Positions 25,842 through 34,840 of a DNA stretch of 64,000 nucleotides are shown in pieces. The stretch's first letter is position 1; each line of letters opens with the position of its first letter. The notes under the pieces were generated by a model, which saw nothing but the letters and a program-made list of their open reading frames with translations, had not been told where the DNA came from and ran no database searches. The DNA is from Eledone cirrhosa (lineage: Eukaryota), in NCBI GenBank assembly GCA_964016885.1, contig OZ024742.1:14570001-14634000 (forward strand). The letters are read 5' to 3'. The translations under genes and the position numbers were made by a program.

Positions 25842-28527
25842 GTATGTGTGTATATATATATATATTTAATTATTTTCTTAACTTTTTGACAGATTGGTGC
25901 TTGGTTGAAAAAGAAGGAACTCCCCAGTACAAATAAGATGTGGTTTAAATCGATTGGGGAAACTTTTCTGGAAAAAGCCAAAGAAACCCTCAATAATTAT
26001 CTTGTTGTAAGTTATTTCAGTGTCTAAGATCTAAACACCACCCAGTGTGGGATGTATCTTCATTCATGTCTAACAACTTTACAATATATTCTAAAAGATC
26101 TACCAACTATAAACAAAATTTTGACTACATGGAGGTTATAAAAAGTTTATGAACGGAACCTTCTAGCTGCTTTGCAGCTTCCCTTGTTTTTCCACCTTTT
26201 ATTTATCTTATTTATGCTTATTTTGTATCCCTTTGGCCTTCCCTATTTAATTTTTAAAAATTTTGACCTCAGTGGGATTTGAACCCTGAATGTAAAAGGG
26301 TATAACTATATGTAGCAAAGTGTCTTGTCCAACGGTCTGCTGATATTGGCAATCCACCACCTGTGTTTATGTATAATAAACATACATACCGTATATACTC
26401 AAATATAAGCTGAAGAATATGGGACCCAAAAAATTTATGGTAATATGGAAGGTGTGTGGGGGTGGGGTCGACTTATATTCGAGTATATATCTTGTTATGG
26501 ATGTTTTAAGCTATGATCATATTGTTTATGCTTTCGTGAAGGCGCATGGCTTAGTGGTTGTGAGTTCAATTCTCAGACCGAGTGATGTGTTGTTTCCTTG
26601 AGCAAGACACTTTATTTCACATTGCTCCAGTTTACTCAACTATAGAAATGAGATGATAGGACTGGGGTCCCTATCATTAAATCACCCAAGACACATCCAA
26701 TAAGATATACCTTGGAGGAGGCCAGCTAAACCTGCATAGGTGTGAGCTGTCGCACACACACACACACACCTATGCTTTCATATGTACCTATATTATGCAT
26801 TGCGCTATGTTAGTGCTACTGCTAATCTCTTTAAATGTCTGTTATGTTAATTTGTTTCTATTTAAAACACAGACTGTGATGAAAGACGACCGGATGGCTC
26901 AAAGTGAAGCACTCTTTGAATTCCTCTCACCAGCACCAGACTTCCTCAGTCAGCAGACACAAAACAGAAGTAACTGGAACTTTTCTCTTGGGAAATTGTT
27001 TCGGAAGTAAGTATACAATATTGTAGTGTCCTTAAATTATTGTTGTTGTTGCAGTTGTTATTGTTGCTGTTTTGATGGATGTGCAATGTTAATGTGCAAG
27101 AACAAGAAAGCATGGATAAACTGAGGGAGAAACTGGGTATAAGAGGAATCAGAAGTAATGTGCAGGAGAGGAGACTGCACTGGTATAGACATGAAGATGT
27201 GCCAAATAATCCCAGTGGAAGGCAGCTACAGTAGAGGAAGACCAAGGAAGACCTGGATGAAAGTGGTGAGGGTTGATCTCAGATTGCTAACTCTCATGAA
27301 GGAGATGACAAAGGAACATGATAAGTGGAGAGGTGCTGTGCTGAGAAGGACCTATCCAACCCAGGCCACTGTGGAACAACAGACGTAAAATGATGATGCT
27401 GATATATACAATATATACTCGAATATAAGCAGATACAAATATAATTTGATCCCTCTATTTTATGTCTGAGAAATAGGCAAAAAATCCTAACCTTGTTTAT
27501 GTACAATTTGAAGTTGTTGAAAATCCTCAAAATATTGCGACATGTGGAGAGATTCTGTGCTGAGAAGGACCTGTCCAACCCATGCAAACGTGGAAAAGTG
27601 GACATAAAAGATAATTATCTTTATAATGATTGATCCTGAATATAAACCGACTCTGCTTCTACCATCAATATTTTGGTCACATATTCCTTAGAGTATATTC
27701 AAGTATATACGACGATTTGATAAATTCTGACCTTACACATTTGTACCTCTTTAATGTCACTGGACCGAGATCTTTGGTGCCACGCAGTAATACAGAAGAC
27801 CCACCTTGCCTATGTACAAAGCGAAACCTACAGTCAGTAGGTACCTCTTAAACAAATATACACCCCCCTCCCACTACCCTTACTCCCCCCCACTCCCACC
27901 AACACCACCCTTTCTCTATAAAGTTATGTTGTTACCACAACATCCAGTCCAAACTAATGAGGTTGTGTAAGTGTCACGACAAAAAAACACACAGTCCACG
28001 CTGTAATGTGGCTGTGTAGGTAACACGGTAAAAAGCTCCCAGTCCATACTGTAAATGTGGTTGGTGTTAGGAAGGGCATCCAGCTATAGAAAACCTGCCA
28101 GATAGTCCTATATGGGCGAGACACGGTCACCCGACCAATCTTGCCTCAGGTGGGACAACTCCCATCTAACCCATGCTAGCTTGGAAGATAGACGTTAAAC
28201 GATGATGGTGATGATGATACGGAAATTTAGGCTGGATTTGAACTCATAGTCTTATTTCAATGTAAAATCTAATTCAAAATGTTTTCTTTTTTTAAATTTT
28301 CTCCAGACTTCCTGTTAACTCTGACAATGACGCTGAAGATGAATTTCTGTTTGTTAACTGTGAAGGGTAAGTTCTCTTGTTTATTATTGAGAGTAGGCAA
28401 CAGGAAGAAAGGAATCTGGCCACAGGAAACCTGCCTCAAAACATTTATTATTGATGGTAGGGCTTGGCAGAATCATTAGATGCTTTGCAACATTCATTTC
28501 AGCTCTTTACGTAGTAGTAGTGGTGGT

Positions 28528-28568
<41 letters not shown>

Positions 28569-31500
28569 CGGCGGTGGCGGCGGCGGTTGCGGTGGTTGAG
28601 GTGGTGGTAGTAGTAGTAGTGATGGTGGTGGTAGTGGTGGTGGTAGAAGATATGAGGAAGAGACTCAGAAAAAAAAAATGTTTACCCGAATTAGAAATGT
28701 AGCGAGAGAGAAGATAATTGTAATGATGAGTTTTATCAAGATGTCCCCAGAATGTGGACAATCCACAAATGACCACCATGAGTGGCAATGTTAATATTTC
28801 CACATTTTAAGACACCATCATCATCATCATCATCACCGTTTTACGTCCGTTCTTCCACGCTAGCATGGGTTAGACGGGTTGTCCTGTTGTGGGCAGTGTC
28901 TGGTCGGCTGACCATGCCTTGCTCATACAGGAACTGATCTGGCTTGATTTCTACAGCTGGATGCCCTTCCTAACACCAACCTCATTTACAGTGAGTGCTG
29001 GGTGCTTTTTCGTGGCGCCTACACGTCCACTTTACAGTGTGGGCTGGGTGCTTTTTTGGCGTGGCACCTCCACGACCACCTTGCGGTGGGGGCATATTGT
29101 CTATATGCTTCAGCTTGTACCCATGGGAGGTCGGTTACTCTGTATTACTGCGTGACGCCAGAAGTCACGGTCGTGTGTCATTGTCTTTGAGAGGTGTAAT
29201 TGGGTAAGGTCGGCTTTTATCACCTCATCCCAGGTCATCTTGGGTCTCCCCACTCCGCGGTTTCCATCAACTTCTAGTGCTCTGCACCTTTTTATGCAGC
29301 TGTCATCCTTCATACGCATCACATGTCCATACCAACGCAACCGCCTCTCCTGCACACAGCATTTAATTCCTCTTATGGTCAGTCTCTCTCTCAATTCATT
29401 TATGCTTTGTCGGTCGCGTATATTACTATTACACATCCATCGGAGCATACAGGCTTCGTTTCTCTCTAATCTACGTAAGTCTTCCACCTTCAGTGCCCAG
29501 GTCTCACTACCATGTAACATTGCTGTTCGGATACACGCATCATACAGTCTGCCTTTCATTTTGAGGGAGAAGCCTTTTGCAGCTAGCAGTGGCAGTAGTT
29601 CCCTGAACTTCTTCCATCCGGTTCTTACCCTAGTTATTGTACTTTCTGAGCACCCACCTCCGTTGCTAATTCGGTCACCTAGGTAGCAGAAGCTGTCTAC
29701 TGTTTCTACAGGGCCCTCCCAGAGATTGGTGGTACTTGTTTCCTGTGGCTGTTTGCTGCTTGCTGCTTGCTGTCCCAGTACAGCTGCTGCATGTGAAGCC
29801 TACATTCTTAATTAAGCTTCCTGAGATCCTGCTACATCTCTTGTGTACCCATTGTTTGCATTTGGGGCAGAGAATGGAGTTCCTACCTACACCTTTCCTA
29901 CATACTGAGCAAGGTCATTTCCCTGAGGGGATCTGGGTTCTGTTTTCTCGTCTACTTACAAGGACCTTAGTCTTTGTCATGTTGACTTTGAGACCCTTTC
30001 TTTCTAGTCCCTGCTTCCAAGTTTGGAATTTCTTCTCTAGTTCTACCATAGATTCAGCTATAAGTGCGAGGTCATCAGCATACAAGAGTTCCCATGGGCA
30101 TCCGGTCTTAAACTCCTCCGTTATTGCCTGCAGGACTATGATGAACAGGAGAGGGCTAAGAACAGAGCCCTGGTGGACCCCAACCTGTACGCTAAATTCC
30201 TCGCTATACTCATTGCTAATCCTAACTTTGCTGACTGCTCCCCTATACATGACTTGTACAGCTTTCACAAGACATTCATCTACTCCTAGTTTTCTAGGAG
30301 CCCACCAGATTACAGCACGTGGAACTCTGTCAAAGGCTTTCTTGAGATTGACAAATGCCAGGTAGAGTGGCTTACTTTTAGCTAGGTACTTTTCCTGTAA
30401 CTGCCTCACAAGGAAGAGGGCATCAGTGGTGCCTCTTCCTGGTACAAACCCAAATTGCATCTCATCTAGTTTCACCCTGTCCCTAATCAACTGTGCTCTA
30501 ACTCTTTCTATTACTTTCATGACCTGGTCCATCAGCTTTATACCTCTATAGTTTCTTCTATCGAGTGCATCACCTTTACCTTTGTAGCAGTTGACAATGA
30601 TGCTACTGCACCAATCTTTTGGTATGACACCTTCTAGTATTACCTGGTTAACAATACGTGTGGTTATAGTGTGACCTACAGACCCAGATGCTTTCAGCAT
30701 CTCGGCAGCTATACCCAATGGACCGGTTGCCTTCCCCATCTTCATATCTTTGATTGCCTTACTTACTATGCTGCTGCAGACTTGTACTGCTGGCCCCTCT
30801 ATAGGGTCTACTTGGGGTAGGGTCTCTTCTTCCCATGCATTCTCCTCATTTAGTAATCTATCATAATGACTCTTCCATGCATCTTTCTTCTCAGCACTTG
30901 TGAGGGCAAGCTCACCTTTATCATTCCGGATACACTTCTCTCCAATGACATCACAATTCTCACTGACACACTGCCTCGCAATCTTGAACACCTCCTGTTT
31001 TTGATCCTCACGTTGCAAAACATGCTTGAATTTTCTATCCTCTGCTTCCCTCCTAGCTAAGTATACTTGTCGCCTAGCTTCCCTCTTGGTCTCTATGTAA
31101 TGTACCCTGCTCCCCCCGTTCTTCCATTCTTTTCATGCCTGTCTCTTGGTCTTAACTGCCTCATCTACCTTATTGTTCCACCACTAAGTCACTCTCCTCC
31201 TACTTGTTGTCTTACTCCAGCTACAGAGCTCATCTGTCGCCTTTAGTAAGTTATTATTTAGGAACTCCCAGTGTTCTTCTACATTGAATGTTTCTATCTG
31301 TTCTTCTTTACTGTCATAGGCGTTGAGTAAAATATCTTTAAATCTGTTACTGGCTGAGGGGTCTTTCAGCTTCCAGATCTTTCTTCTCCAGGCTGGCCTC
31401 TGTTTAAAGGTTCGTCTAGTTCTGACCGTGAGGTCGCTGACAACTAAGCTATGTTGGGATGTACATTCCTCACTAGGGAAGGCTTTTGTGTTTACGACCG

Positions 31501-34099
31501 TCCATCTGTCACGTCCTCTGATGAGGATAAAATCTATCTGACTAGAATGCTCACCTGATCTATAGGTGATCAGGTGGTTGTCGGGTTTTTTGAAGTTTGT
31601 GTTACATATCGACATGTCATTGGCATCGCAAAATTCTAGAAGTCTGAATCCTTCTTCATTTCTTGTGCCAACCCCATGGCCTCCATGGACTCTATTGAAG
31701 CCGTCACAGTGTTTACCTACGTGTCCGTTAAAATCTCCTGCAATGATTAGGAAGTCATTGTCGTTTGTTAGAGCAGTAGTGTGCATTAGGGACTCGTAAA
31801 ATCTATCCTTAAGTTCGTCTGGCAACCCCGATTGGGGTGCGTAAGCTGATATTATTGTGGTAATTGTTTTATTCAGGACTAGTCTGAGTTTAATGATTCT
31901 TGCATTTACCCTGTACACTGAGACTACTTTATCTACCCACTTGTCAGCTAGTAGTATACCTACACCACCCATCCCATCGTCATTTCCCACCCAGAAAAAT
32001 TTGTAGCACCGACTTTTTCCTACAAGGACTCTAGCGGACTCTCCTCTCCATCTAGTCTCTTGCACACAGCATACATCAATTTCCTTTCGCTCTAGCATTT
32101 CTACGATTTCTCCTGCTCTTCCTTTCATTATGCTTACATTGATGGTACCAACTCGGAGTTTTGGGCATTTGTCGACACTCGTAGGGAAGGGTCGATTTTT
32201 GCAGGGGTGTGTGTTTGTGCTTCCTCTCTCTGGATTGGGGCTTCACATGGGTGTTTGGTAGCTCGCGGATTCATATTCATTTCATCTATTAATTCAGAGG
32301 TGCTCCAATTTATTCTCAGCCCATCCATCCATAACGGTAGGAAAATTCAGGGCTAGAAGAACAGTGGTGGTGGTAATAATGGCAGGGTGTGTTGGGCTGG
32401 GACGGGGGAGGAGAGAGTTAGGTAGTAGTAGTAGTAGAAGAAATGGCATGCTGAGGTTTGATTGGTCGAATAGGCTATGGTGGTGTGATGGGGTGGGTGG
32501 GAGGGAAATTGTGAGGTAGAGAGAGGGTCGCCGTCAAGGCTAACAAACTAACTGATAGAATACAGTATGGCAAAGTATTGAAATTTTTCTTGTTTCTTTT
32601 TTGTGAATTTCTTTCTTTTGAAGTGGTAAAGAGGAACAGAACCGAGATTCCATAGCTGAGCCATTACATAATTTGATCAATGAAATATTTGAGCTACATG
32701 GACCACTGAAATGGCTGAGGAAGAGTTTTATAATATGTGTTGAAGCTATGTGTGGTGGACCCATTAATAGGTGAGTTTTACTAGTTTGGTTTAGATAAGT
32801 CATTCAGTTGATACAGAGCTACCGAGGGCAAGATTTCAGTGACCCAGGGTTTAGATAAGTCATTGAGTTAATCTAGAGCTACTGAGAGCAATATTTCAGT
32901 GACCCAGGGTTTAAATATCTCATTGAGTTGATCTAGAGCTACTGAGGGTAAGATTTTAGTGACCCAGAGTTTAGATAAGTCATTGAGTTGATCTAGAGCT
33001 ACTGAGGGTAAGATTTTAGTGACCCAGAGTTTAAATAAGTCATTCAGTTAATCTAGAGTTACTGAGGGCAAGATTTCAGTGACCTGGGTGTTGTGTCTCT
33101 ATACCTGATTGTTCTCTCCTCCACCACTTCTCTTGCTATTAGATTCTTCACAGTTTTGTATATAACATGTTGCTTCAGTGTTTTACACATTTTTTTAATC
33201 TGTATATTCCAGACAATTACGTATGGCTGTTGACTGGATCTTCTCTGATTCCATGTTGATTTATTACATTAAGACATTCCAAGATTCTCTTTGGCCTAAC
33301 GGTGTACTAGCTGAACCTTCTCCACCAAAGACAGAAGAGGAAAAAATGAAAATCAGAATGGAAGCAAAAGAGAAAATTATTCAAAATGTACCTGGTATGT
33401 GCCTTTCAAAAACTACACCCCTTGTTTTCAATGGACCTTGTGTTAAGGGGCTGGTTTATAGAGTGCCTTTCACAAACCTTATTCCTTGTTTTTAAGGGGT
33501 TGGTTTATGAGACCCTAACTCCAGAGGCGAGAGTGGCAGTGACTGTTGTATAATTCTATTATATTTTCAGATGTTTTAAAGACATTGGTTGGTGATGACA
33601 ATGCCAGGCAAGGAACCATCAAGATATTTGAAATCTTACAAGATGTCCAGTTAAACAAACAGTTGTTTTATGTAAGTCGTTTTCATTTTATCACATACAC
33701 ACACACATATGAACTTACAAACACACACACATATTGATACCTTCATATATACACACACACATACTTATGAACTTAACACACACATATATTGATACCTTCA
33801 TACACACACACATACATACTTACTTATGAATTTACACTCACACACACACACATACTTATGAACTTACAAACACACACACATATTGATACCTTCACACACA
33901 CTCACATCTACACACCTACATACTTATATATAGACTCCATCATTTTAGACAAGTACTGTGCTAGTAGTAATAAGTTTTTTTTACTGTTATTTTTTTCTTT
34001 CAGAATATTCTTGAACTTGTCCTCCAAGAAGTTTGCCCTGAGTTGAACATCAAATTTCCATCAAAACATTTCTTCCTCTCAACAAGTGTTGTTCAGTGA
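83..34099 (+). CDS. SNX25: Sorting nexin-25-like gene, 3' part (15 coding exons, 599 aa plus stop; 5' PXA exons lie upstream of the window)
   Basis: Manually spliced GT-AG exons are phase-compatible and open to TGA at 34097-34099. Motifs recalled from SNX25: [15 protein letters not shown] (LLEFWNDVEE...[13 protein letters not shown]), [16 protein letters not shown] ([17 protein letters not shown]...[10 protein letters not shown]), Nexin_C ([15 protein letters not shown]...LWPNG...[21 protein letters not shown]). Confidence 0.92.
540..840 (+). mobile_element. Degenerate RTE-like LINE fragment (RT thumb region)
   Basis: [12 protein letters not shown] and [12 protein letters not shown]...[12 protein letters not shown] motifs. 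Confidence 0.65.
841..1200 (-). mobile_element. CR1-like LINE 3' end with (TAT)n tail
   Basis: TRGHAYK...[23 protein letters not shown] is a typical CR1 C-terminus; same family at 39890-40190. Confidence 0.75.
1395..1560 (-). mobile_element. RTE fragment
   Basis: [26 protein letters not shown], homologous to the C-terminus of the full-length RTE ORF. Confidence 0.7.
1999..2090 (+). CDS. SNX25: SNX25 exon, start of RGS domain ([23 protein letters not shown]...)
   Basis: ccctacAG acceptor, GTAAGT donor; phase 0/2. Confidence 0.88.
2130..2372 (+). mobile_element. tRNA-derived SINE, family A
   Basis: Head matches the 94-bp array unit; body (cttgagcaaaacactt...cgatggactggc...gaaactgggataag) matches the copy at 54995-55262. 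Confidence 0.7.
2440..2630 (+). mobile_element. tRNA-derived SINE, family B (Nin/Deu-like central domain)
   Basis: B box gagttcaaatcc, gcctttcatc...ggggtcgata core, (TAT) tail; further copies at 43695-44725 and 62310-62500. Confidence 0.7.
2803..2842 (+). CDS. SNX25: SNX25 40-nt exon ([13 protein letters not shown])
   Basis: ttgtAG acceptor, GTTAGT donor; supplies the RGS FW motif; phase 2/0. Confidence 0.85.
3399..3518 (+). CDS. SNX25: SNX25 exon, RGS ([15 protein letters not shown]...FVLGDT)
   Basis: ttctccAG / GTAAGT; 120 nt. Confidence 0.88.
3661..3850. repeat. 48-bp tandem repeat, about 4 copies (resembles antisense RTE 3'UTR)
   Basis: tttacagagtgtactgggtgtattttatcatagcaccagcactaccac repeated. 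Confidence 0.85.
3874..4135. repeat. Short minisatellite (about 17-18 bp unit; tactgaagagttctctc)
   Basis: Direct reading of the tandem units. Confidence 0.85.
4229..4370 (+). CDS. SNX25: SNX25 exon, end of RGS ([28 protein letters not shown]...)
   Basis: ttacAG / GTAAAA; phase 0/1. Confidence 0.88.
4896..5068 (+). CDS. SNX25: SNX25 exon, coiled-coil linker ([18 protein letters not shown])
   Basis: pyrimidine tract plus tatAG / GTCAGT; phase 1/0. Confidence 0.87.
5650..5790 (+). CDS. SNX25: SNX25 exon ([13 protein letters not shown]...[20 protein letters not shown])
   Basis: ttttatAG / GTAAGT; 141 nt. Confidence 0.9.
6462..6605 (+). CDS. SNX25: SNX25 exon, N-half of PX domain
   Basis: taccAG / GTAAAT; [16 protein letters not shown]...[11 protein letters not shown]. 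Confidence 0.9.
7112..8084 (+). mobile_element. Non-autonomous Helitron
   Basis: A|TC 5' end (tctatatatctaaaacagagaatgtctgtctgtc), 3' hairpin cccaagcaacgctggg followed by CTAG|T, no TSD; internal [11 protein letters not shown] remnant resembles a Helitron Rep N-terminus. Confidence 0.72.
8453..8792 (+). mobile_element. tRNA-SINE head joined to RTE-type 3' tail ending (GAT)n
   Basis: A box tagtggttagag, B box gagttcaattct, then sequence matching the 3'UTR of the full-length RTE. Confidence 0.7.
8846..10487. repeat. About 1-kb tandem duplication (roughly 1.7 units) of an unclassified AT-rich repeat
   Basis: ttaatacaataacagagatagctttaagc... starts at about 8846 and again at about 9823 with near-identical continuation; internal sub-repeat of about 230 bp. 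Confidence 0.85.
10694..10829 (-). ncRNA. Putative type-I hammerhead ribozyme (U3-A8 core, long stem II) in Penelope-like terminal sequence
   Basis: Minus strand: attgctt-UUGAAAA-(about 105 nt, ends imperfectly paired)-GAAAC gatc GUA-aagcagt. Confidence 0.45.
11630..12390 (-). mobile_element. 5'-truncated RTE (related subfamily) with (GAT)n tail
   Basis: ORF 11912-12298 matches the RTE C-terminus. Confidence 0.85.
12581..12917 (-). mobile_element. About 316-bp hammerhead-containing short element (Penelope pLTR/retrozyme-like), inverted copy of 17063-17462
   Basis: Near-identical reverse complement (the two 85-aa track ORFs differ by 1 aa); terminal redundancy. Confidence 0.7.
12687..12781 (-). 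ncRNA. Type-I hammerhead ribozyme (U3-A8 variant), minus-strand copy
   Basis: Reverse complement of 17234-17328. Confidence 0.7.
13221..17063 (+). mobile_element. Full-length RTE-clade LINE, copy 1
   Basis: Single APE+RT ORF, 5' region shared with copy 2, 3'UTR ending (GAT)n. Confidence 0.92.
13637..16756 (+). CDS. RTE ORF: AP endonuclease, reverse transcriptase and PHD finger, 1039 aa, intact
   Basis: GTINV, VQETRW, GDFNG, SQHSLV (APE); [33 protein letters not shown] (RT); C4HC3 motif at 15965-16096. Confidence 0.95.
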   Translation: MNLRATKHPREAPTQRPSPTSVDKCPKLRVGTINVGSMKGSAGEIVEMLERKEVDVCCVQETRWRGGSARVLVGKSQCYKFFWVGNDDGMGGVGILLADKWVDKVISVYRVNARIIKLRLVLNKTITTIISAYAPQSGLPDELKDRFYESLIHTTALTDDKDFLITAGDFNGHVGKHCDGFNRVHGGHGVGTRNEEGFRLLEFCDANDMSICNTNFKKPDNHLITYRSGEHSSQLDFILIRGRDRWTVVNTKAFPSEECTSQHSLVVSDLTVRTRRALKQRPTWRRKIWKLKVPSTSNRFKDILLNAYDSKEEQIETFNVEENWEFLKNNLLVATDEVCGWSKTSSRRRVTWWWNNKVDEAVKAKRQAWKEWKNGGSRVHYIETKREARRHVYLARREAEDRKFKHVLQREDQKQEVFKIARQCVRDSCDVIGEKCIRNDKGELALTSAEKKDAWKSHYDRLLNEENAWEEETLPHVDPIEGPAVQVSGSVVSKAIRDMKMGKATGPSGIAAEMLKASGSVGHTITTRIVNQVILEGAIPKDWCSSIIVNCYKGKGDALDRGNYRGIKLMDQVMKVTERVIAQLIRDRVNIDEMQFGFVPGRGTTDALFLVRQLQEKYLAKSKPLYLAFVDLEKAFDRVPRAVIWWALRKLGVDEWLVKAVQAMYRGAVSKVRIGNEYSEEFSVQVGVHQGSVLSPLLFIIVLQAITEEFKTGCPWELLYADDLALIAESMVELENKFQTWKQGLERKGLKVNMTKTKVLVSRRENRTQIPSGKWPCSVCRKGVGRNSILCPKCKQWVHKRCSGISGSLIKNVGFTCSSCAETASKQPQETSTTNLWEGPVETVDSFCYLGDRISNGGGCSESTITRVRTGWKKFRELLPLLAAKGFSLRMKGRLYDACIRTAMLHGSETWALKVEDLRRLERNEACMLRWMCNSNIRERQSIKELRERLSIRGIKCCVQERRLRWYGHVMRMKDDSCIKRCRALEVDGNRGVGRPKMTWDEVIKADLTQLHLSKTMTHDRDFWRHAVIQGTRPPMGTC
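17063..17462 (+). mobile_element. About 316-bp hammerhead-containing short element, about 1.25 tandem units
   Basis: catccatatatatattgctatttcagagctccaattc recurs at 17110 and 17426 (period 316). Confidence 0.7.
17234..17328 (+). ncRNA. Type-I hammerhead ribozyme (U3-A8 variant), predicted cleavage after GUC at 17300
   Basis: ggcc-UUGAUAA-GCUU(caacca)AAGC-GAAA-CAAG a CUUG-UC-ggcu; extended stem I gatctcagtaaacagg/cctgtttgctgagatc. Confidence 0.75.
17542..17900. repeat. Foldback/palindromic element (arms about 165 bp, loop about 25 bp)
   Basis: attgttatacttggggagggtcat... mirrored by ...atgaccctccccaagtataacaat; related foldback at 46657-46950. Confidence 0.85.
18047..21840 (+). mobile_element. 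Full-length RTE-clade LINE, copy 2
   Basis: Near-identical to copy 1; flanked by (TA)n; (GAT)n tail. Confidence 0.92.
18413..21532 (+). CDS. RTE ORF: APE, RT and PHD finger, 1039 aa, intact
   Basis: About 10 aa differences from copy 1 by eye. Confidence 0.95.
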   Translation: MNLRATKHPREAPTQRPSPTSVDKCPKLRVGTINVGSMKGRAGEIVEMLERKEVDVCCVQETRWRGGSARVLVGKSQCYKFFWVGNDDGMGGVGILLADKWVDKVISVYRVNARIIKLRLVLNKTITTIISAYAPQSGLPDELKDRFYESLIHTTAVTDDKDFLIIAGDFNGHVGKHCDGFNRVHGGHGVGTRNEEGFRLLEFCDANDMSICNTNFKKPDNHLITYRSGEHSSQLDFILIRGRDRWTVVNTKAFPSEECTSQHSLVVSDLTVRTRRALKQRPTWRRKIWKLKVPSTSNRFKDILLNAYDSKEEQIETFNVEENWEFLKNNLLEATDEVCGWSKTSSRRRVTWWWNNKVDEAVKAKRQAWKEWKNGGSRVHYIETKREARRQVYLARREAEDRKFKHVLQREDQKQEVFKIARQCVRDSCDVIGEKCIRNDKGELALTSAEKKDAWKSHYDRLLNEENAWEEETLPHVDPIEGPAVQVSGSVVSKAIRDMKIGKATGPSGIAAEMLKASGSVGHTITTRIVNQVILEGAIPKDWCSSIIVNCYKGKGDALDRGNYRGIKLMDQVMKVTERVIAQLIRDRVNIDEMQFGFVPEKGTTDALFLVRQLQEKYLAKSKPLYLAFVDLEKAFDRVPRAVIWWALRKLGVDEWLVKAVQAMYRGAVSKVRIGNEYSEEFSVQVGVHQGSVLSPLLFIIVLQAITEEFKTGCPWELLYADDLALIAESMVELENKFQTWKQGLERKGLKVNMTKTKVLVSRRENRTQIPSGKWPCSVCRKGVGRNSILCPKCKQWVHKRCSGISGSLIKNVGFTCSSCAETASKQPQETSTTNLWEGPVETVDSFCYLGDRISNGGGCSESTITRVRTGWKKFRELLPLLAAKGFSLRMKGRLYDACIRTAMLHGSETWALKVEDLRRLERNEACMLRWMCNSNIRERQSIKELRERLSIRGIKCCVQERRLRWYGHVMRMKDDSCIKRCRALEVDGNRGVGRPKMTWDEVIKADLTQLHLSKSMTHDRDFWRNAVIQGTRPPMGTC
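22390..25270 (-). mobile_element. Penelope-like retroelement (RT plus C-terminal GIY-YIG), 5'-truncated and disrupted
   Basis: RT ORF 23920-25329 ([42 protein letters not shown]); GIY-YIG part of ORF 22603-23184 ([24 protein letters not shown]). Confidence 0.88.
22983..23697. mobile_element. Solo LTR (Gypsy-like) inserted into the Penelope element
   Basis: Termini TGTAACGG...CCGTTATA (inverted, TG..CA-like); 4-bp TSD CCTA at 22979-22982 and 23698-23701. Confidence 0.72.
25893..26006 (+). CDS. SNX25: SNX25 exon, PX domain ([21 protein letters not shown]...NNYLV), after a 19.3-kb intron
   Basis: tttgacAG / GTAAGT; 114 nt, phase 0/0. Confidence 0.87.
26873..27006 (+). CDS. SNX25: SNX25 exon, end of PX ([25 protein letters not shown])
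   Basis: aacacAG / GTAAGT; phase 0/2. Confidence 0.88.
27070..27400 (+). mobile_element. Degenerate RTE 3' fragment
   Basis: [10 protein letters not shown]...RGRPRKTW motifs; gatgatg tail. Confidence 0.7.
27720..28220 (+). mobile_element. RTE-subfamily 3'UTR fragment (similar pieces at 6050-6305 and 45115-45366)
   Basis: gtgtcacgacaaaaaaacacacagtccacgctgtaatgtggc...ctaacccatgctagc...gatgatg shared among copies. Confidence 0.7.
28307..28366 (+). CDS. SNX25: SNX25 60-nt linker exon ([19 protein letters not shown])
   Basis: ttctccAG / GTAAGT; phase 2/2. Confidence 0.8.
28511..28647. repeat. Compound trinucleotide microsatellite (GTA/GTG/GCG)n
   Basis: Direct reading. Confidence 0.9.
28816..32531 (-). 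mobile_element. Near full-length RTE copy 3, antisense, inactivated
   Basis: ORF pieces 31184-32128, 29915-31018 and 29110-29559 match copies 1/2; Trp-to-stop changes at 31184 and 29915; (CAT)n tail at 28816. Confidence 0.92.
32624..32770 (+). CDS. SNX25: SNX25 exon, Nexin_C ([26 protein letters not shown])
   Basis: ttttgaAG / GTGAGT; phase 2/2. Confidence 0.9.
32791..33087. repeat. 60-bp tandem repeat, about 5 copies
   Basis: ttagataagtcattgagttgatctagagctactgagggtaagattttagtgacccagagt aligned on successive 60-nt lines. Confidence 0.9.
33213..33394 (+). CDS. SNX25: SNX25 exon, Nexin_C ([30 protein letters not shown]...)
   Basis: ttccAG / GTATGT; phase 2/1. Confidence 0.9.
33571..33671 (+). 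CDS. SNX25: SNX25 exon ([33 protein letters not shown])
   Basis: ttttcAG / GTAAGT; phase 1/0. Confidence 0.9.
34004..34099 (+). CDS. SNX25: SNX25 last coding exon ([14 protein letters not shown]...VVQ*)
   Basis: tttcAG acceptor; TGA at 34097-34099; AATAAA about 50 nt downstream. Confidence 0.88.
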   Translation, partial: NILELVLQEVCPELNIKFPSKHFFLSTSVVQ

Positions 34100-34686
34100 C
34101 AACAAATATTTGATAATGACCACAAAACAGGGACCAGAAAAGTATAGAATAAAAAAGAAAAAAAATACAAAAAAAAAGCAGTAAAGAAAAATTGAACTAA
34201 TTTCAAACTGCTGTTGTATATTGATTTTATATTAGACAGTGTAAGGCCTTATTAATAATGTGAACATATCTAGTGTTTCTGTGAATATTATTTTTGTATT
34301 AAAACCAAAATTATTGAGAGCATGTTATCAGCAACAACACTATTATGATATTATTCTCCTTAAAATCCCCTTAAACCCTTTCATTATCAATCTATCAAAA
34401 CTCGCCATGATCCTATGTAATAAAACTTCTTCTTGAGTCATCCTTCCATCAAAAGTGAAGCATCCATTTTACTTTTTCTAATGGCTAGAATATATGCAGC
34501 TCGCCACACCTGCATACTTGCAGACCGCTAACTGGAGCAGTTGTGTCAACTTATTGTCGAATTAATAGTTGATTATCTGTGAAGCCACTGGTATTCATGA
34601 CACCGAGGTCATCTAATTAAACTGATGATCGTCACATGAGCTACTGCTCACTATGAGACAAACAGGATTTTTATCGAGGCTTACTC

Positions 34687-34840
34687 CTCTAGATCTGGCC
34701 TGTTCTGCTAGACTATCCTATGATAGCTATATCAGAGACTCTAGATCTGGCCTGTTCTATTAGACTATCTTATGATAGCCATATCAGAGACTCTAGATAT
34801 GACCTGTTCTGTTAGACTATCTTATGATAGTCATATTAGA
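34687..34840. repeat. About 52-bp tandem repeat, 3 copies
   Basis: ctctagatctggcctgttctgctagactatcctatgatagctatatcagaga. Confidence 0.8.
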
